From assembly GCA_964394465.1 (NCBI GenBank), contig CAYMXS010000001.1:33484-97483 (forward strand): DNA of 64,000 bases. The letters are read 5' to 3'. The notes beneath the pieces are model-generated. The model did no database searches. It saw only the letters and a program-made list of their open reading frames with translations, and was not told the DNA's origin. This stretch comes from an uncultured Thermoplasmata archaeon (GTDB taxonomy: Archaea; Thermoplasmatota; Thermoplasmata; Halarchaeoplasmatales; Halarchaeoplasmataceae). The position numbers and the translations under genes are program-made. Positions 50,901 to 58,627 of this stretch are shown one piece after another. How positions within the stretch are numbered: position 1 is the first letter of the stretch; every line of letters starts with the position of its first letter.

Positions 50901-53488
50901 ACATTGAATCCTTTGCAGGAGGCGTGGAGCAGGAGACCGAAGTCGAGGCCTCTGAAGAGACCATACTAGAGGAAGATTTCGAAGGTTCTTCCGACTGGTC
51001 TACTAGTGGTTTATGGCATAAAGTTGAAGAGTCCGACCAGTACGGTGACAGCAACAGTCAAACTCATTCGATGTGGTACGGTCAGGATTCCACAGGCAAC
51101 TACGATACCGGTTCTCAAACGACCGGCGCTTTGAGCAAGACCGTCGATCTGAGCGGCGCCACACAGGCCGAGCTGATCTTCCACCACTGGTATGAGACGG
51201 AGAGCTATGATGACGGAAGCTACGACCGACTCAAAGTCACTGTAGACGGACAGGAGGTCTATTACAGAGACAGTTCTTACGATAACGTCGGTTCTGAAAA
51301 TGATTACGTGAAGGAAGGGATAGATATATCCGATCATACTGGTCAAGAGGTAGAGATAAGATTCGTTTTCGACTCTCTAGACGGCTACAACAACGGCTAC
51401 AGAGGCTGGTATATAGACGACGTTAAGGTGACAGCTGATTCCAGCGGTGGGGATAACAGTGCTCCTTCGGCCGGTTTCAGTTTTGCCCCTACCGATCCAA
51501 CAACGGGAGAGACTGTCCAGTTCACTGAAACATCGGAGGATGCCGACGGCACCATAGCTTCTTACTCATGGGACTTCGGTGACGGGTCGAGTTCTACGGA
51601 AGCTAGTCCATCGCACACTTTCTCCTTGTCTGGCACTTACACGATAGGATTGACCGTCACAGATAACGATGGAGCAGAGGACTCCACCAGTGAAGAAATA
51701 ACCGTACAATCCGACAATGATGGGGACACCACTACTCAGCTAGATGAAGATTTTGAAGACGGTGCTTCAGACTGGTCCACCAGCGGATTGTGGCACCTTG
51801 TTTCCGAAAGCGACGAGTACGGAGACAGCAGCAGTCAAACTCACTCGATGTGGTATGGTCAGGACTCTACAGGTGATTACGATACCGGTTCTCGAACGAC
51901 CGGCCAACTCACTTCTCCCAGCATCGACCTGACCCAAGCTTCACAGGCGGAACTGACCTTCCAGCACTGGTTCGATACGGAGAACTACGACGGAGGTAAT
52001 TATGACAAGGTAAAGGTAACGGTGAACGGAGACCAGGTCTACTACAGAGACACCTCAGATGATAATGTTGGCTCCGAGAACAATTTCGTCAACGAGACCA
52101 TAGACCTTTCCTCTTATGTCGGTCAAACCATACAGTTGAAGTTCATATTCGATTCCGTGGACAAATACACTAACGATTATCGGGGCTGGTATGTAGATGA
52201 TATAAGAGTTAACACTGAAAGTGGCGAAAACTCCGCACCTACGGCTGATTTTGATTACTCACCTGACCAACCTGAAAAAGGACAGACGGTTCAATTCACA
52301 TCCACCTCTTCAGATGAAGACGGCACAATCGCTTCCTACAGCTGGGACTTCGGAGACGGGAGTGTATCAGACGAACAGGATCCAACGTACAGTTATTCCT
52401 CTACGGGTACTTACGACGTCTCCTTGACCGTGACCGATGAAGACGGTGATTCGGATTCTATCACGAAGACGATAGTTATAAGCAGCGAAGAGGAAGGCAT
52501 GGACACGGTATTCAAGGAGGACTTCGAAGGTTCATATGACTGGTCTACAAGCGGGTTATGGCATCCTGTTTCCGAAAGCGACGAGTACGGAGACAGTAAC
52601 AGTCAAACTCACTCGATGTGGTACGGACAGGACTCTACAGGCGATTACGATACCGGTTCACATACGACCGGCCAACTCACTTCTCCCAGCATCGACCTGA
52701 CCCAAGCTTCACAGGCGGAACTGACCTTTCAACACTGGTTCGAGACCGAGAACCACGACGGTGGATACGACAAGGTCAAAGTCTTGGTTAACGGAGAGCA
52801 GGTCTACTACAAGGATACCTCGGATGAAAACGTCGGCTCAGAGAACGAATTCGTGAAGGAGACCATAGACCTTTCATCCTTCGTAGGCCAGACGATACAG
52901 GTGACCTTCGAGTTCGACTCCATAGATGATTATGAGAACGGTTACAGGGGTTGGTACGTGGACGATGTAGAAGTGAAAGCAGAAAGCAGTGACGAAGGCC
53001 AGGAGATATACTCCCAGTCCTTCGAGACATCCGAGGGCTGGAGTTCCTCCGGTTTATGGCACCCCGTCTCTGAGGAAGACCAGTATGGGGACAGCAAAAG
53101 CGGTTCTAATTCGATGTGGTACGGTCAGGATTCCACAGGCAACTACGACACTGGCTCTAGGACCACGGGGGATCTCACATTGAACTCCGTCGATCTGACC
53201 GGTGTTGACAACGCGGAGTTAAGTTTTGCCCACTGGTTCGAGACGGAGAACCACGAAGGAGAATATGACCTGTGTAAGGTCAAGGTGAACGGAGAGCAGG
53301 TCTACTACAAGGATGCATCAGATGAGAACGTGGGTTCTGAGGGCAATTTTGTCACTGAGAACATAGACATATCCGATTATGCTGGACAGACCGTGGACAT
53401 AGAGTTCACCTTCGATTCCGTCGACGATTACGATAACGCGTATCAGGGCTGGTACATAGACGATGTGGCCATAACTTCGGAACAGTGA
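44954..53488 (+). CDS. Giant secreted multidomain protein 3 (2844 aa): signal peptide, about four copies of a novel ~330-aa repeat (the first with an inserted PstS-like/PBP_like_2 substrate-binding-type domain), Ig-like beta-sandwich domains, then four GLWH modules with two PKD domains
   Basis: The N-terminal signal is MKRNNLKIFALVAVLSIFVSTASIAF. Repeat markers are TYG(I/V/M)G(C/F/W)(T/S)D...(W/M)...ESYP(S/T)(F/V)(F/L)N.V...G..., about four times. The PBP-like insert spans nt 45704-46514: IKALGNGSCDAAMTTR..LIARDAVSLIVDE..EEIHDIYTDEIDNWKYLGGPNEPIHTIGRTE..EYSIGYVSTGYLDD..YPMTRELYVYTDGEP.GLEKELIDILLSREGQDVVEQEGFI, which is the PstS/PBP_like_2 pattern. Two Ig-like repeats are present (VSLYYRHNGGEW...YQFYTRAIDDSGNYE). 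The four modules end in RGWYIDDV, RGWYVDDI, RGWYVDDV and QGWYIDDV. Two PKD domains contain WDFGDGS. Confidence 0.85.
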   Translation: MKRNNLKIFALVAVLSIFVSTASIAFTPLGSSPWLADEEEGEEYIGAIIPSNYLIGNTSSDSVEYGFELFVGYKENESLEELKVFELKDAEDIGSVIGGKFRISYDGQKHVLEETINDSFEEVIESEMDEVIDDLFKNIEVEFKSASLTIEDNTYGIGCTDEEDFMWIMPNESYPSFFNKVRVKGTVLDEDALESIIENFSAFTEDFIDPSLVTEVSEDLEMNYTGLLTNFIFVSDFQYLGDRNVVGDVVDTITPRDIDIDVHKSSSAEGIKALGNGSCDAAMTTRKVTQEEEDLYPDCDFNSYLIARDAVSLIVDERVYEEGVSDLDKEEIHDIYTDEIDNWKYLGGPNEPIHTIGRTESCDAQSTFQQFIGEGSTSADNHVKEGEKVIDEVKDVSGNEYSIGYVSTGYLDDDIRSLSVHGVKPDKTAINTEQYPMTRELYVYTDGEPMGLEKELIDILLSREGQDVVEQEGFINVTEGNYNGLEKSVSGRLSVKGSMVTDKVVNKLSDRLLENNPENENVSDGFLTSGTSWVQDTGRRSNTGIAVVASKDNTWSDNEFWFVFYDQGRFRGFPGICEMNVSRMHYETLFREVSFLDEDDFDLGIDMNVEVNLGILKRMETTDYEETTLPEMWSLLEDNDQYSQVKNVETTTYSAVLDLQTASNVLSDLFGMDSDVTEDIGDLTSDKNPAIALMLDGTAPSEYEENDESIWDYTGFAIIPHYREGDSHFNYLDIEGVLYDPVTYFELDSCDHNVPLIIADGYHESNEVNTEVQFSSASVVVGRDTYGVGFTDETNYLWTAQGEALPTVLNDVTARGVIMPTDVIVAMLEEVTGNIFEGFGLSDLETYSDNYSVNIYGPETKFLFVSDIEHEPDRVIEGDVLDTITPEDLDPLTSNYTTEGTQWLQNMADRSDTGLAILTEEDSSIEHNKIWFLLYDVRRYDHFPGKCQMKVSVSHLPTLLARNINLDDDSFDFGMDIDFEVNLGIIVGARGRRYQRESVHDLWSLIEDDHHHSQLKNVEVNSYCFVVDLDTVTDFVGDMLNISDGTARKLETMTTLKNPAFVFMLDSDTPEQIDDENVWHYTGIGIIPDYEKEQAGFRYLRLRGVLHDPVQYLNLSSYMDNIPLLLVDSYRESDHNNAVEEFTSCSLVFDEDTYGMGWSNDDHYLWMAQNESYPTVFNDVRAEGVLFPTNLLVSLAQNVSEQVFGVIDSDKTENISSEYGIETNYTKILFVDHLDYIGNTEVQGDVIDTITPEDMHDLASEFRTPGIDWMKDMVEELGIGLAIFSEKDNSISDTDLWFILYDSEEYEDFEGICNLSVSVSSLTYLIENVTDLGDDAFDFDLNISFSVNIGILTELENDDYMQSSVTGLWDRLDQPHTYMQVDSVSAKAYSLVVDLDSVIDGLVDIFEMDRGTASTIDSITTFKNPAFAFLFDERSGEMFNGSGTAFWKYGAIGIIPDYGVGESNTRVLRVEGVLYDPVKYFDEDADEWNVPLVVVDSYHEAEKDIQDVSVKEVVQEDLDMNEIGNFGWAHVQIDAVTTGLSLQKLIELIPTGDPTTGLIQKIICDFPLKIGVYDGMQMEAINQSYHVPIVYPTIGEAPTHFSLNITRVEGIYVSFNGTMLDRVKDHLVDNIMQQLAAINEELEDILPSYIEEKLYEYVDLIFDSIHVAPGFLFAYSMEDIDNEPAELEFMSPQQDEEVEPQDFNITFSTTDSPDVVAWVTLNVTKFSDSGDITVNNIPIPVFRDGIWSTGDTWWWGYVQDYIIEPYGTGDYEVTIKAHDFQGYSYSIIREFQIVDDAPDPIPPESHVDPLPEYNRNMSFDVSATASDDEGVDAVSLYYRHNGGEWKHYDTDDWGFNGWDWSFNTYYRGDGEYQFYTRAIDDSGNYEEIPNGSDEVTKVDYYAPETEATGPENVNGFSFDLSYEVQDKTYSSGLESVTLYYTRNGGWTWEEYGEDTDCSSPMTVTVNEEGTYGWQFVAEDRAGNIESFAGGVEQETEVEASEETILEEDFEGSSDWSTSGLWHKVEESDQYGDSNSQTHSMWYGQDSTGNYDTGSQTTGALSKTVDLSGATQAELIFHHWYETESYDDGSYDRLKVTVDGQEVYYRDSSYDNVGSENDYVKEGIDISDHTGQEVEIRFVFDSLDGYNNGYRGWYIDDVKVTADSSGGDNSAPSAGFSFAPTDPTTGETVQFTETSEDADGTIASYSWDFGDGSSSTEASPSHTFSLSGTYTIGLTVTDNDGAEDSTSEEITVQSDNDGDTTTQLDEDFEDGASDWSTSGLWHLVSESDEYGDSSSQTHSMWYGQDSTGDYDTGSRTTGQLTSPSIDLTQASQAELTFQHWFDTENYDGGNYDKVKVTVNGDQVYYRDTSDDNVGSENNFVNETIDLSSYVGQTIQLKFIFDSVDKYTNDYRGWYVDDIRVNTESGENSAPTADFDYSPDQPEKGQTVQFTSTSSDEDGTIASYSWDFGDGSVSDEQDPTYSYSSTGTYDVSLTVTDEDGDSDSITKTIVISSEEEGMDTVFKEDFEGSYDWSTSGLWHPVSESDEYGDSNSQTHSMWYGQDSTGDYDTGSHTTGQLTSPSIDLTQASQAELTFQHWFETENHDGGYDKVKVLVNGEQVYYKDTSDENVGSENEFVKETIDLSSFVGQTIQVTFEFDSIDDYENGYRGWYVDDVEVKAESSDEGQEIYSQSFETSEGWSSSGLWHPVSEEDQYGDSKSGSNSMWYGQDSTGNYDTGSRTTGDLTLNSVDLTGVDNAELSFAHWFETENHEGEYDLCKVKVNGEQVYYKDASDENVGSEGNFVTENIDISDYAGQTVDIEFTFDSVDDYDNAYQGWYIDDVAITSEQ

Positions 53489-53501
53489 ACGAACAAAAAA
53501 C

Positions 53502-55841
53502 CTATCCCATCTTCTCTTTTAAAGCGTCCTTCCAGGCTTCTCTGGCCTTCTGGACGTCGATATCGATGACCCTTTCGTCCTGTACTTCCACTTCTATCTT
53601 CTCACCGGTGACCTCTCCCAGCTTCGAAACTGGAACGTCTAAGGTATCAACGAACTCCTGAGCGTTCTTTTCCTTGACCTCCACGATCCAACGCGTGTTG
53701 CTCTCCGAGAAGAGAAGCTTATCGGGCCTGAGTCCTTCCCTTAAGCAGACGTCTGCGCCCAGGTCTCCGGCGATGCACATCTCGGTCAAAGCTACAGCTA
53801 GACCGCCGTTGGAGACATCGTGGCAGCTCTCTATAAGTTTCTTTGAGTGAGCTTTCAACATGCCGTCCATGTTCTTTTCAAGCTGTTCTATATCCACGGA
53901 AGGAACATCGCCGCTTTTTCCTCCTACTAGAGAATAATACTCGGAGGCCCCCATCTCGTCCTTCGTTTCACCGACCAGGAATAGGATGTTATCTTTCTTT
54001 TTCAGGTCCATGGTGACCGCTTCTCTCACGTCCTGTATCAGGCCGGAAGCCAGTATAGAGGGTGTAGGCTTCACCGGTCCTTCGTCGGTCTCGTTGTAGA
54101 AGCTGACGTTTCCAGAGACGAAGGGTATGTTGAAGTGATGTGCTATCTGGCCTAGACCTTCGGCCACCCTTTCGAAGTCTCCTAGACGTTCAGGTTTCTC
54201 TGGGTTGCCGAAGTTGAGGCAGTCCGCCAGGGAATGAGGTTCGGCTCCTACGGCTACAAGGTTCCGGAAGGCCTCGTCCAGTATGGACATGGCTCCTTTT
54301 TCGGGATCCAGTGAAGTCATCTGGGGATTCACGTCCGTCGTAACGGCTATACCCTTGTAGGAGTCCTCCAGCGGTTTGATCACAGAAGCGTCTCCGGGAC
54401 CCTGTTTTCCCAGTTCTCCCTGGAGCGGCTTTATAACGGTGTTCGCTCTCACCTCGTGGTCGTACTGCCTTACCACCCATTCCTTGCTGTTTACGTTATC
54501 TGATCGTAAGAGCTGGAGCAGTATTTCTTCACAGTCATCGGGTTCCTCCGGCTCCTCTTCCTCTATCTTCTCCGTGTGCTTCACGCTCTCCGTAGGTCGA
54601 CAGTACGTTGGGCCTCCGGTCTGGAATTCCAGGTCGAGGTCCATTATCCTCTCGCCGTGGTGGAATACCTTGATATGCGGTTCTTCGATGACCTCTCCTA
54701 TTATCGTTGCTTCGACGTCCCACTTCCTGCAGATATGCAGGACTTCGTCCACGTCTTCTTCTTTAACGGCGTACATCATCCTTTCCTGGCTTTCGGACAC
54801 CCAGATCTCCCAGGGCGCCATATCCTCTTCTTTTAACGGTACCTTGTCCAGCTGTATCTGGGCTCCGTAGCCCGCATCCAGAGACATCTCTCCAGCCACG
54901 CATGAGAGGCCTCCGCCGCCGAAGTCCTTCATGCCTTGAAGTAGACCTTTTCTGTTGAGCTCCAGGCTGGTATGTATCAATGGCTCTTTGGTTATCGGGT
55001 CTCCCACTTGGACCGCTCCTATGTCCTCTTCCTCGGATTCTTCATGGAGCTCGTCCGAGGCGAAGGTCACTCCGTGTATTCCATCTCTACCTGTTTTTCC
55101 CCCGGCTAGGATGAAAACGTCTCCTGGCTCCTTGACCCTGCTCCGGATGAGCTCGTCCTTTTCAGCTATACCTATACATCCAACGTTGACCAGGCAGTTC
55201 GTGAGATAGCTCTCGTCGAAGTGTACCATGCCGGATATGGTAGGTATGCCCAGACGGTTCCCGTAGCCGCTTATACCCTCGACTACTCCGTTGAATAGGT
55301 ATCTTGGATGTTTCGTACCTTTAGGTAGTTCCTCATCCTCTATGTCCAGAGGTCCGAAAAATAATGGGTCCACGAAGGCGAGGGGCTGAGCGCCCATGCA
55401 CGTCACGTCTCTAACTATGCCTCCTATGCCCGTTGCTGCTCCACCGTAGGGCTCTATGGCCGAAGGGTGATTATGACTCTCGAGAGCTACGACATAGGCG
55501 TGTTCATCATCGAACTCGACGACACCTGCATCCTCTTCCACCACGTAGATGTTCTGTGGCGCATCTATATCGAAGACGGTGTCCTTAAGTATGGGCTTGG
55601 AGGATTTATAACAGCAGTGTTCCGACCAGGCCTGTCCTATGGCCTCCATCTCCAGATCTGTTGGATTCCTCCCAAGTTCTTCGAAATGCTGCTTGGTCAT
55701 CTTCATCTCTTCCAGGCTCAGACCTATCCCGGACTCCCGGCTGATATCCTCTAAGGCCTCGTCGTCCGCTTCCAGTAGATTGACTTCGTGGAGTTCGAAG
55801 GGCACGTCCTTCTCTATGTAGTGCTCCGGCTTCTCGGTCAT
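53502..55841 (-). CDS. purL: Phosphoribosylformylglycinamidine synthase subunit PurL (FGAM synthase II)
   Basis: The ORF runs to 55907, and the probable true start is at MTEKPEHY (55841). The PurL/AIRS-like domains include HNHPS..EPYGGAATGIGG and DVSNGGLAVALTEM. The 780-800-aa size is right for archaeal PurL. Confidence 0.9.
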   Translation of the reverse strand: MTEKPEHYIEKDVPFELHEVNLLEADDEALEDISRESGIGLSLEEMKMTKQHFEELGRNPTDLEMEAIGQAWSEHCCYKSSKPILKDTVFDIDAPQNIYVVEEDAGVVEFDDEHAYVVALESHNHPSAIEPYGGAATGIGGIVRDVTCMGAQPLAFVDPLFFGPLDIEDEELPKGTKHPRYLFNGVVEGISGYGNRLGIPTISGMVHFDESYLTNCLVNVGCIGIAEKDELIRSRVKEPGDVFILAGGKTGRDGIHGVTFASDELHEESEEEDIGAVQVGDPITKEPLIHTSLELNRKGLLQGMKDFGGGGLSCVAGEMSLDAGYGAQIQLDKVPLKEEDMAPWEIWVSESQERMMYAVKEEDVDEVLHICRKWDVEATIIGEVIEEPHIKVFHHGERIMDLDLEFQTGGPTYCRPTESVKHTEKIEEEEPEEPDDCEEILLQLLRSDNVNSKEWVVRQYDHEVRANTVIKPLQGELGKQGPGDASVIKPLEDSYKGIAVTTDVNPQMTSLDPEKGAMSILDEAFRNLVAVGAEPHSLADCLNFGNPEKPERLGDFERVAEGLGQIAHHFNIPFVSGNVSFYNETDEGPVKPTPSILASGLIQDVREAVTMDLKKKDNILFLVGETKDEMGASEYYSLVGGKSGDVPSVDIEQLEKNMDGMLKAHSKKLIESCHDVSNGGLAVALTEMCIAGDLGADVCLREGLRPDKLLFSESNTRWIVEVKEKNAQEFVDTLDVPVSKLGEVTGEKIEVEVQDERVIDIDVQKAREAWKDALKEKMG

Positions 55842-55846
55842 GCTGT

Positions 55847-56092
55847 TCACTCCTTTATCTCGATTTCGTAGCGCTGGATGACGGGATTTGCTAGGAGCTT
55901 GCGACACATCTCTTCTACTTCTTTTTCCGCTTCCCCTTTAGATATATCCTCTCCCAGCTCGATCTCGAATATCTTGCCGGTCTCGACGCTCTCGACGTCC
56001 CAGCCGAGCAGCTTCAAGGCTTTCTTTGTGTTCATACCCTCTGGGTCGGCGACCCCTTCCTTCAGTTCGATTACGACCTCAGCTGAAACCAT
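55847..56092 (-). CDS. purS: Phosphoribosylformylglycinamidine synthase subunit PurS
   Basis: 81 aa. VVIELKEGVADPEG..ALKLLG fits the PurS family. It is immediately upstream of purL. Confidence 0.8.
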   Translation of the reverse strand: MVSAEVVIELKEGVADPEGMNTKKALKLLGWDVESVETGKIFEIELGEDISKGEAEKEVEEMCRKLLANPVIQRYEIEIKE

Positions 56093-56189
56093 GTGATCAC
56101 GGCCCTCAATCTAGAACTACTTTAATAGTTTTTCTTTTTGACACCGATACGAAAAGAAAGAGAGTCGCTAAGAAACGGAACCTTTTTAG

Positions 56190-57509
56190 GTGAAGTACTT
56201 TTTCAGCCATATAGTGAATTGGATAAGTGATAAAAAAGAAACGAGCCTCTCGCGTGACATGGCTTTCCTTATATTCTTCATTTCCCTGACTTTTATCTCC
56301 GGGATTATCCTTAGGAGCTGGGTATTTTTACTCGTCACTATAGCGGGTCTCTCCGTGCTCGCGGCCAGTCTGAGAGGTTTACCACCCGAGGATATCGAGG
56401 TCGAAGTGGAGAGAGAATCAACCGAGATGAACATATACGAAGAGGGAGAGGTCTGGGTGAGGGTCAAGGTGAAAAACAGGGGCCATCCTTTACGCTTTCT
56501 GGAGATATACGACGAGCTTCCACCCGAGGCTGAGATGGTAGATGGCTCGAACAGGAAAGTGGTGGAGCTCGGAGAGGATGAAGCAACGGTTTTGAAGTAC
56601 AAGATCTCTTGTAAGACCAGGGGAGAACTGGAGATAGGCCCCTTGAAGCTCCGTTATAGGGGCCCGTTACACCTTTATCATCAAGGTTCAACTATACCGG
56701 AGAAACTCGAACTTCATATACTCCCCAGGGCCCAGGAACTGAGCAGGACCAGGGTCAGGCCCTCCTACACTAAAAATTGGCTCGGTAACATACGTTCGAA
56801 GAGCATAGGTATAGGCTCCGAGTTCTTCTCCCTGCGTGAGTACGTACCAGGGGACGAACTCAGGAGGATCAACTGGAAGGCTACCGCTAGACAGTTGAAC
56901 CCCATAACCAACGAGTTCGAGGGCGAGAAGAGCGGCGACGTTATCTTAGTTGTAGATGGTTATCTCCAAGGCAACGTTGGTACCCTACGACAGAACACCA
57001 CGAAGGCATCCATACAAGCAGCTTCCAGTCTTGCAGCGGACATATTGAAGGACAGAAATCGGGTCGGTCTGATCGTATTGGGCGATTTTTTGAGCTGGGT
57101 CTATCTTGGCTCGGGAAGAGAGCAGTACTACAAGATAATGGAGTGCTTGAGTAAAGTCGAGGGCGGTGGCGTCTGGCAGCTGGAGGACGCTCGGGCATTG
57201 ATAGATAATTTCTTTCCGGCTAGGAGCCTGATAGTTTTTATCTCGCCCCTGATACAGGAGAAGGTGACGGAGACTGTTGTTGATATGTGCCGTCAGGAGT
57301 ATGACGTGATGATCATTTCACCCAACCCGGTAGATCTTGAAAAGAAGGTTCTCGACAGCTACGAGCCCGCGGCTGAGAAGGTTCTTGATATGGGGAGAAA
57401 GAACGTAATAGAGAGCCTTTGGAGTTATGGACCCGTAGTCGACTGGGACCCGACCGAGCCTCTAGAAGCGGCGCTGGAGGAGGTGGTACGATACCAGCAC
57501 TTGAAGTGA
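56190..57509 (+). CDS. DUF58-family protein (vWA-like, often partnered with MoxR-type ATPases) with N-terminal TM helices
   Basis: 439 aa with two N-terminal TM helices. The DUF58 signature is LREYVPGDELRRINWKATAR..NEFEGEKSGDVILVVDG. Confidence 0.7.
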   Translation: MKYFFSHIVNWISDKKETSLSRDMAFLIFFISLTFISGIILRSWVFLLVTIAGLSVLAASLRGLPPEDIEVEVERESTEMNIYEEGEVWVRVKVKNRGHPLRFLEIYDELPPEAEMVDGSNRKVVELGEDEATVLKYKISCKTRGELEIGPLKLRYRGPLHLYHQGSTIPEKLELHILPRAQELSRTRVRPSYTKNWLGNIRSKSIGIGSEFFSLREYVPGDELRRINWKATARQLNPITNEFEGEKSGDVILVVDGYLQGNVGTLRQNTTKASIQAASSLAADILKDRNRVGLIVLGDFLSWVYLGSGREQYYKIMECLSKVEGGGVWQLEDARALIDNFFPARSLIVFISPLIQEKVTETVVDMCRQEYDVMIISPNPVDLEKKVLDSYEPAAEKVLDMGRKNVIESLWSYGPVVDWDPTEPLEAALEEVVRYQHLK

Positions 57510-57550
57510 AGGATAAGTTGAAGGAGAACAAGAGAAAACTTGTCTTGGTG

Positions 57551-58075
57551 ATGTCCTATATAGCTATAGTGAGCTTGGTGTCCATCCTTTTGGGCTCACC
57601 CTTTTGGTACGTGCCCTCCTTGGTCGGCATCGTAGCTATAGGGGGGACCTTCTCTGAGAAGAAGCTCTTCGTCAGCGCAGGCATGTTCGGCACCATATAC
57701 ACGTTCTATATCGTCAACTATATGCTTCCTGTGAACACCTTGACGATCTCTACAGGCCTGGGGATGTTCTTCCTGTTCTTCGCTTTTTGGAGTCTTACCA
57801 GGAGGTCGTACTTGGTAGAGGGCATAGAGAATAAAGCCCATTCCAGCGGGATACCACCTTCGTTGGTCGATTACAAGAAGAAGTCAAATGAGGAGCTGAT
57901 CTACGCGGTCATCTTGGGATTTGTAGTATCCTTCATGGGCGGGTTCATAGCGTTCTACAGCTCGATAGGACTCGACGTCACGGGTGGGATGAGGGTACCG
58001 ATCTTGGTCCTTCTAGGCGCCTTTGTTATGGTCATACTCTACAGCATGATCGTCTTGGTACCTAGATTCCGCTAG
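57551..58075 (+). CDS. Integral membrane protein, function unknown
   Basis: The ORF track starts at 57419, overlapping DUF58. The ATG at 57551 gives MSYIAIVSLVSILLG..., with about 5 TM helices. An alternative GTG at 57506 overlaps the DUF58 stop. Confidence 0.4.
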   Translation: MSYIAIVSLVSILLGSPFWYVPSLVGIVAIGGTFSEKKLFVSAGMFGTIYTFYIVNYMLPVNTLTISTGLGMFFLFFAFWSLTRRSYLVEGIENKAHSSGIPPSLVDYKKKSNEELIYAVILGFVVSFMGGFIAFYSSIGLDVTGGMRVPILVLLGAFVMVILYSMIVLVPRFR

Positions 58076-58176
58076 ATAGGAAACTCAGATGTTAAACTAG
58101 GGAAAAGGTATAGTTTGAAATCGTACAAGATACTCGGGACGGGAGAAATTGAGATACACATCAGGGGATTTTCCCT

Positions 58177-58452
58177 CTACTTCTCCATGGTTATCTCTAT
58201 GGCTGAAACGTTGGTGGTTTTGTTCTCCTCCTCGATGGGAATCTCTTCCGTATCAGTTATTATATCGGTTATCTCCGAGCCCTCTAAAAAGCGATGCCTC
58301 GTTATCTCGGCCACATCTACAGCTTTGCTTATCGCCCTTCCTCTAGCCTTTATTACGACCTCTTCAGTTCCACTGTTGAACAGTGTAAGCACCGCCGTAA
58401 CGTATTTCATGGTCTCTTTTTTCCCTATATATACTATATTATCTTCTGGCAT
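58177..58452 (-). CDS. albA: Alba (archaeal chromatin / DNA-RNA-binding protein)
   Basis: The start was taken at the internal ATG (MPEDNIVYIGKK...), giving 91 aa. NIVYIGKK..MKYVTAVLTLFNSGTEEVVIKARGRAISKAVDVAEI is the canonical Alba sequence. Confidence 0.8.
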   Translation of the reverse strand: MPEDNIVYIGKKETMKYVTAVLTLFNSGTEEVVIKARGRAISKAVDVAEITRHRFLEGSEITDIITDTEEIPIEEENKTTNVSAIEITMEK

Positions 58453-58627
58453 ATCTGATCTCACTCCGTTCCTTTTTGATTTACTTGATGAGGGATAATG
58501 GGATGGTGATATACAAAGCTTTTCGATGTGTTTTACCGACACTCCTTGAGCAAAAATATATATATGTGAGGGGCAAAACGTTTTATACAAGAGGATGATA
58601 AGGAGTATACTTCATCTTTAATGTTGA

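Noticed and set aside
36927-53488. Diversity-generating retroelement (DGR) acting on the repeated C-terminal modules
   Set aside because: No reverse transcriptase or accessory gene is present anywhere in the window. Differences between near-identical module copies are not adenine-specific, for example T>C and T>A changes, so ordinary duplication or gene conversion explains them.
58115-58498. 127-aa plus-strand ORF overlapping alba
   Set aside because: Alba on the opposite strand is an unmistakable match. The overlapping frame is hydrophobic low-complexity.
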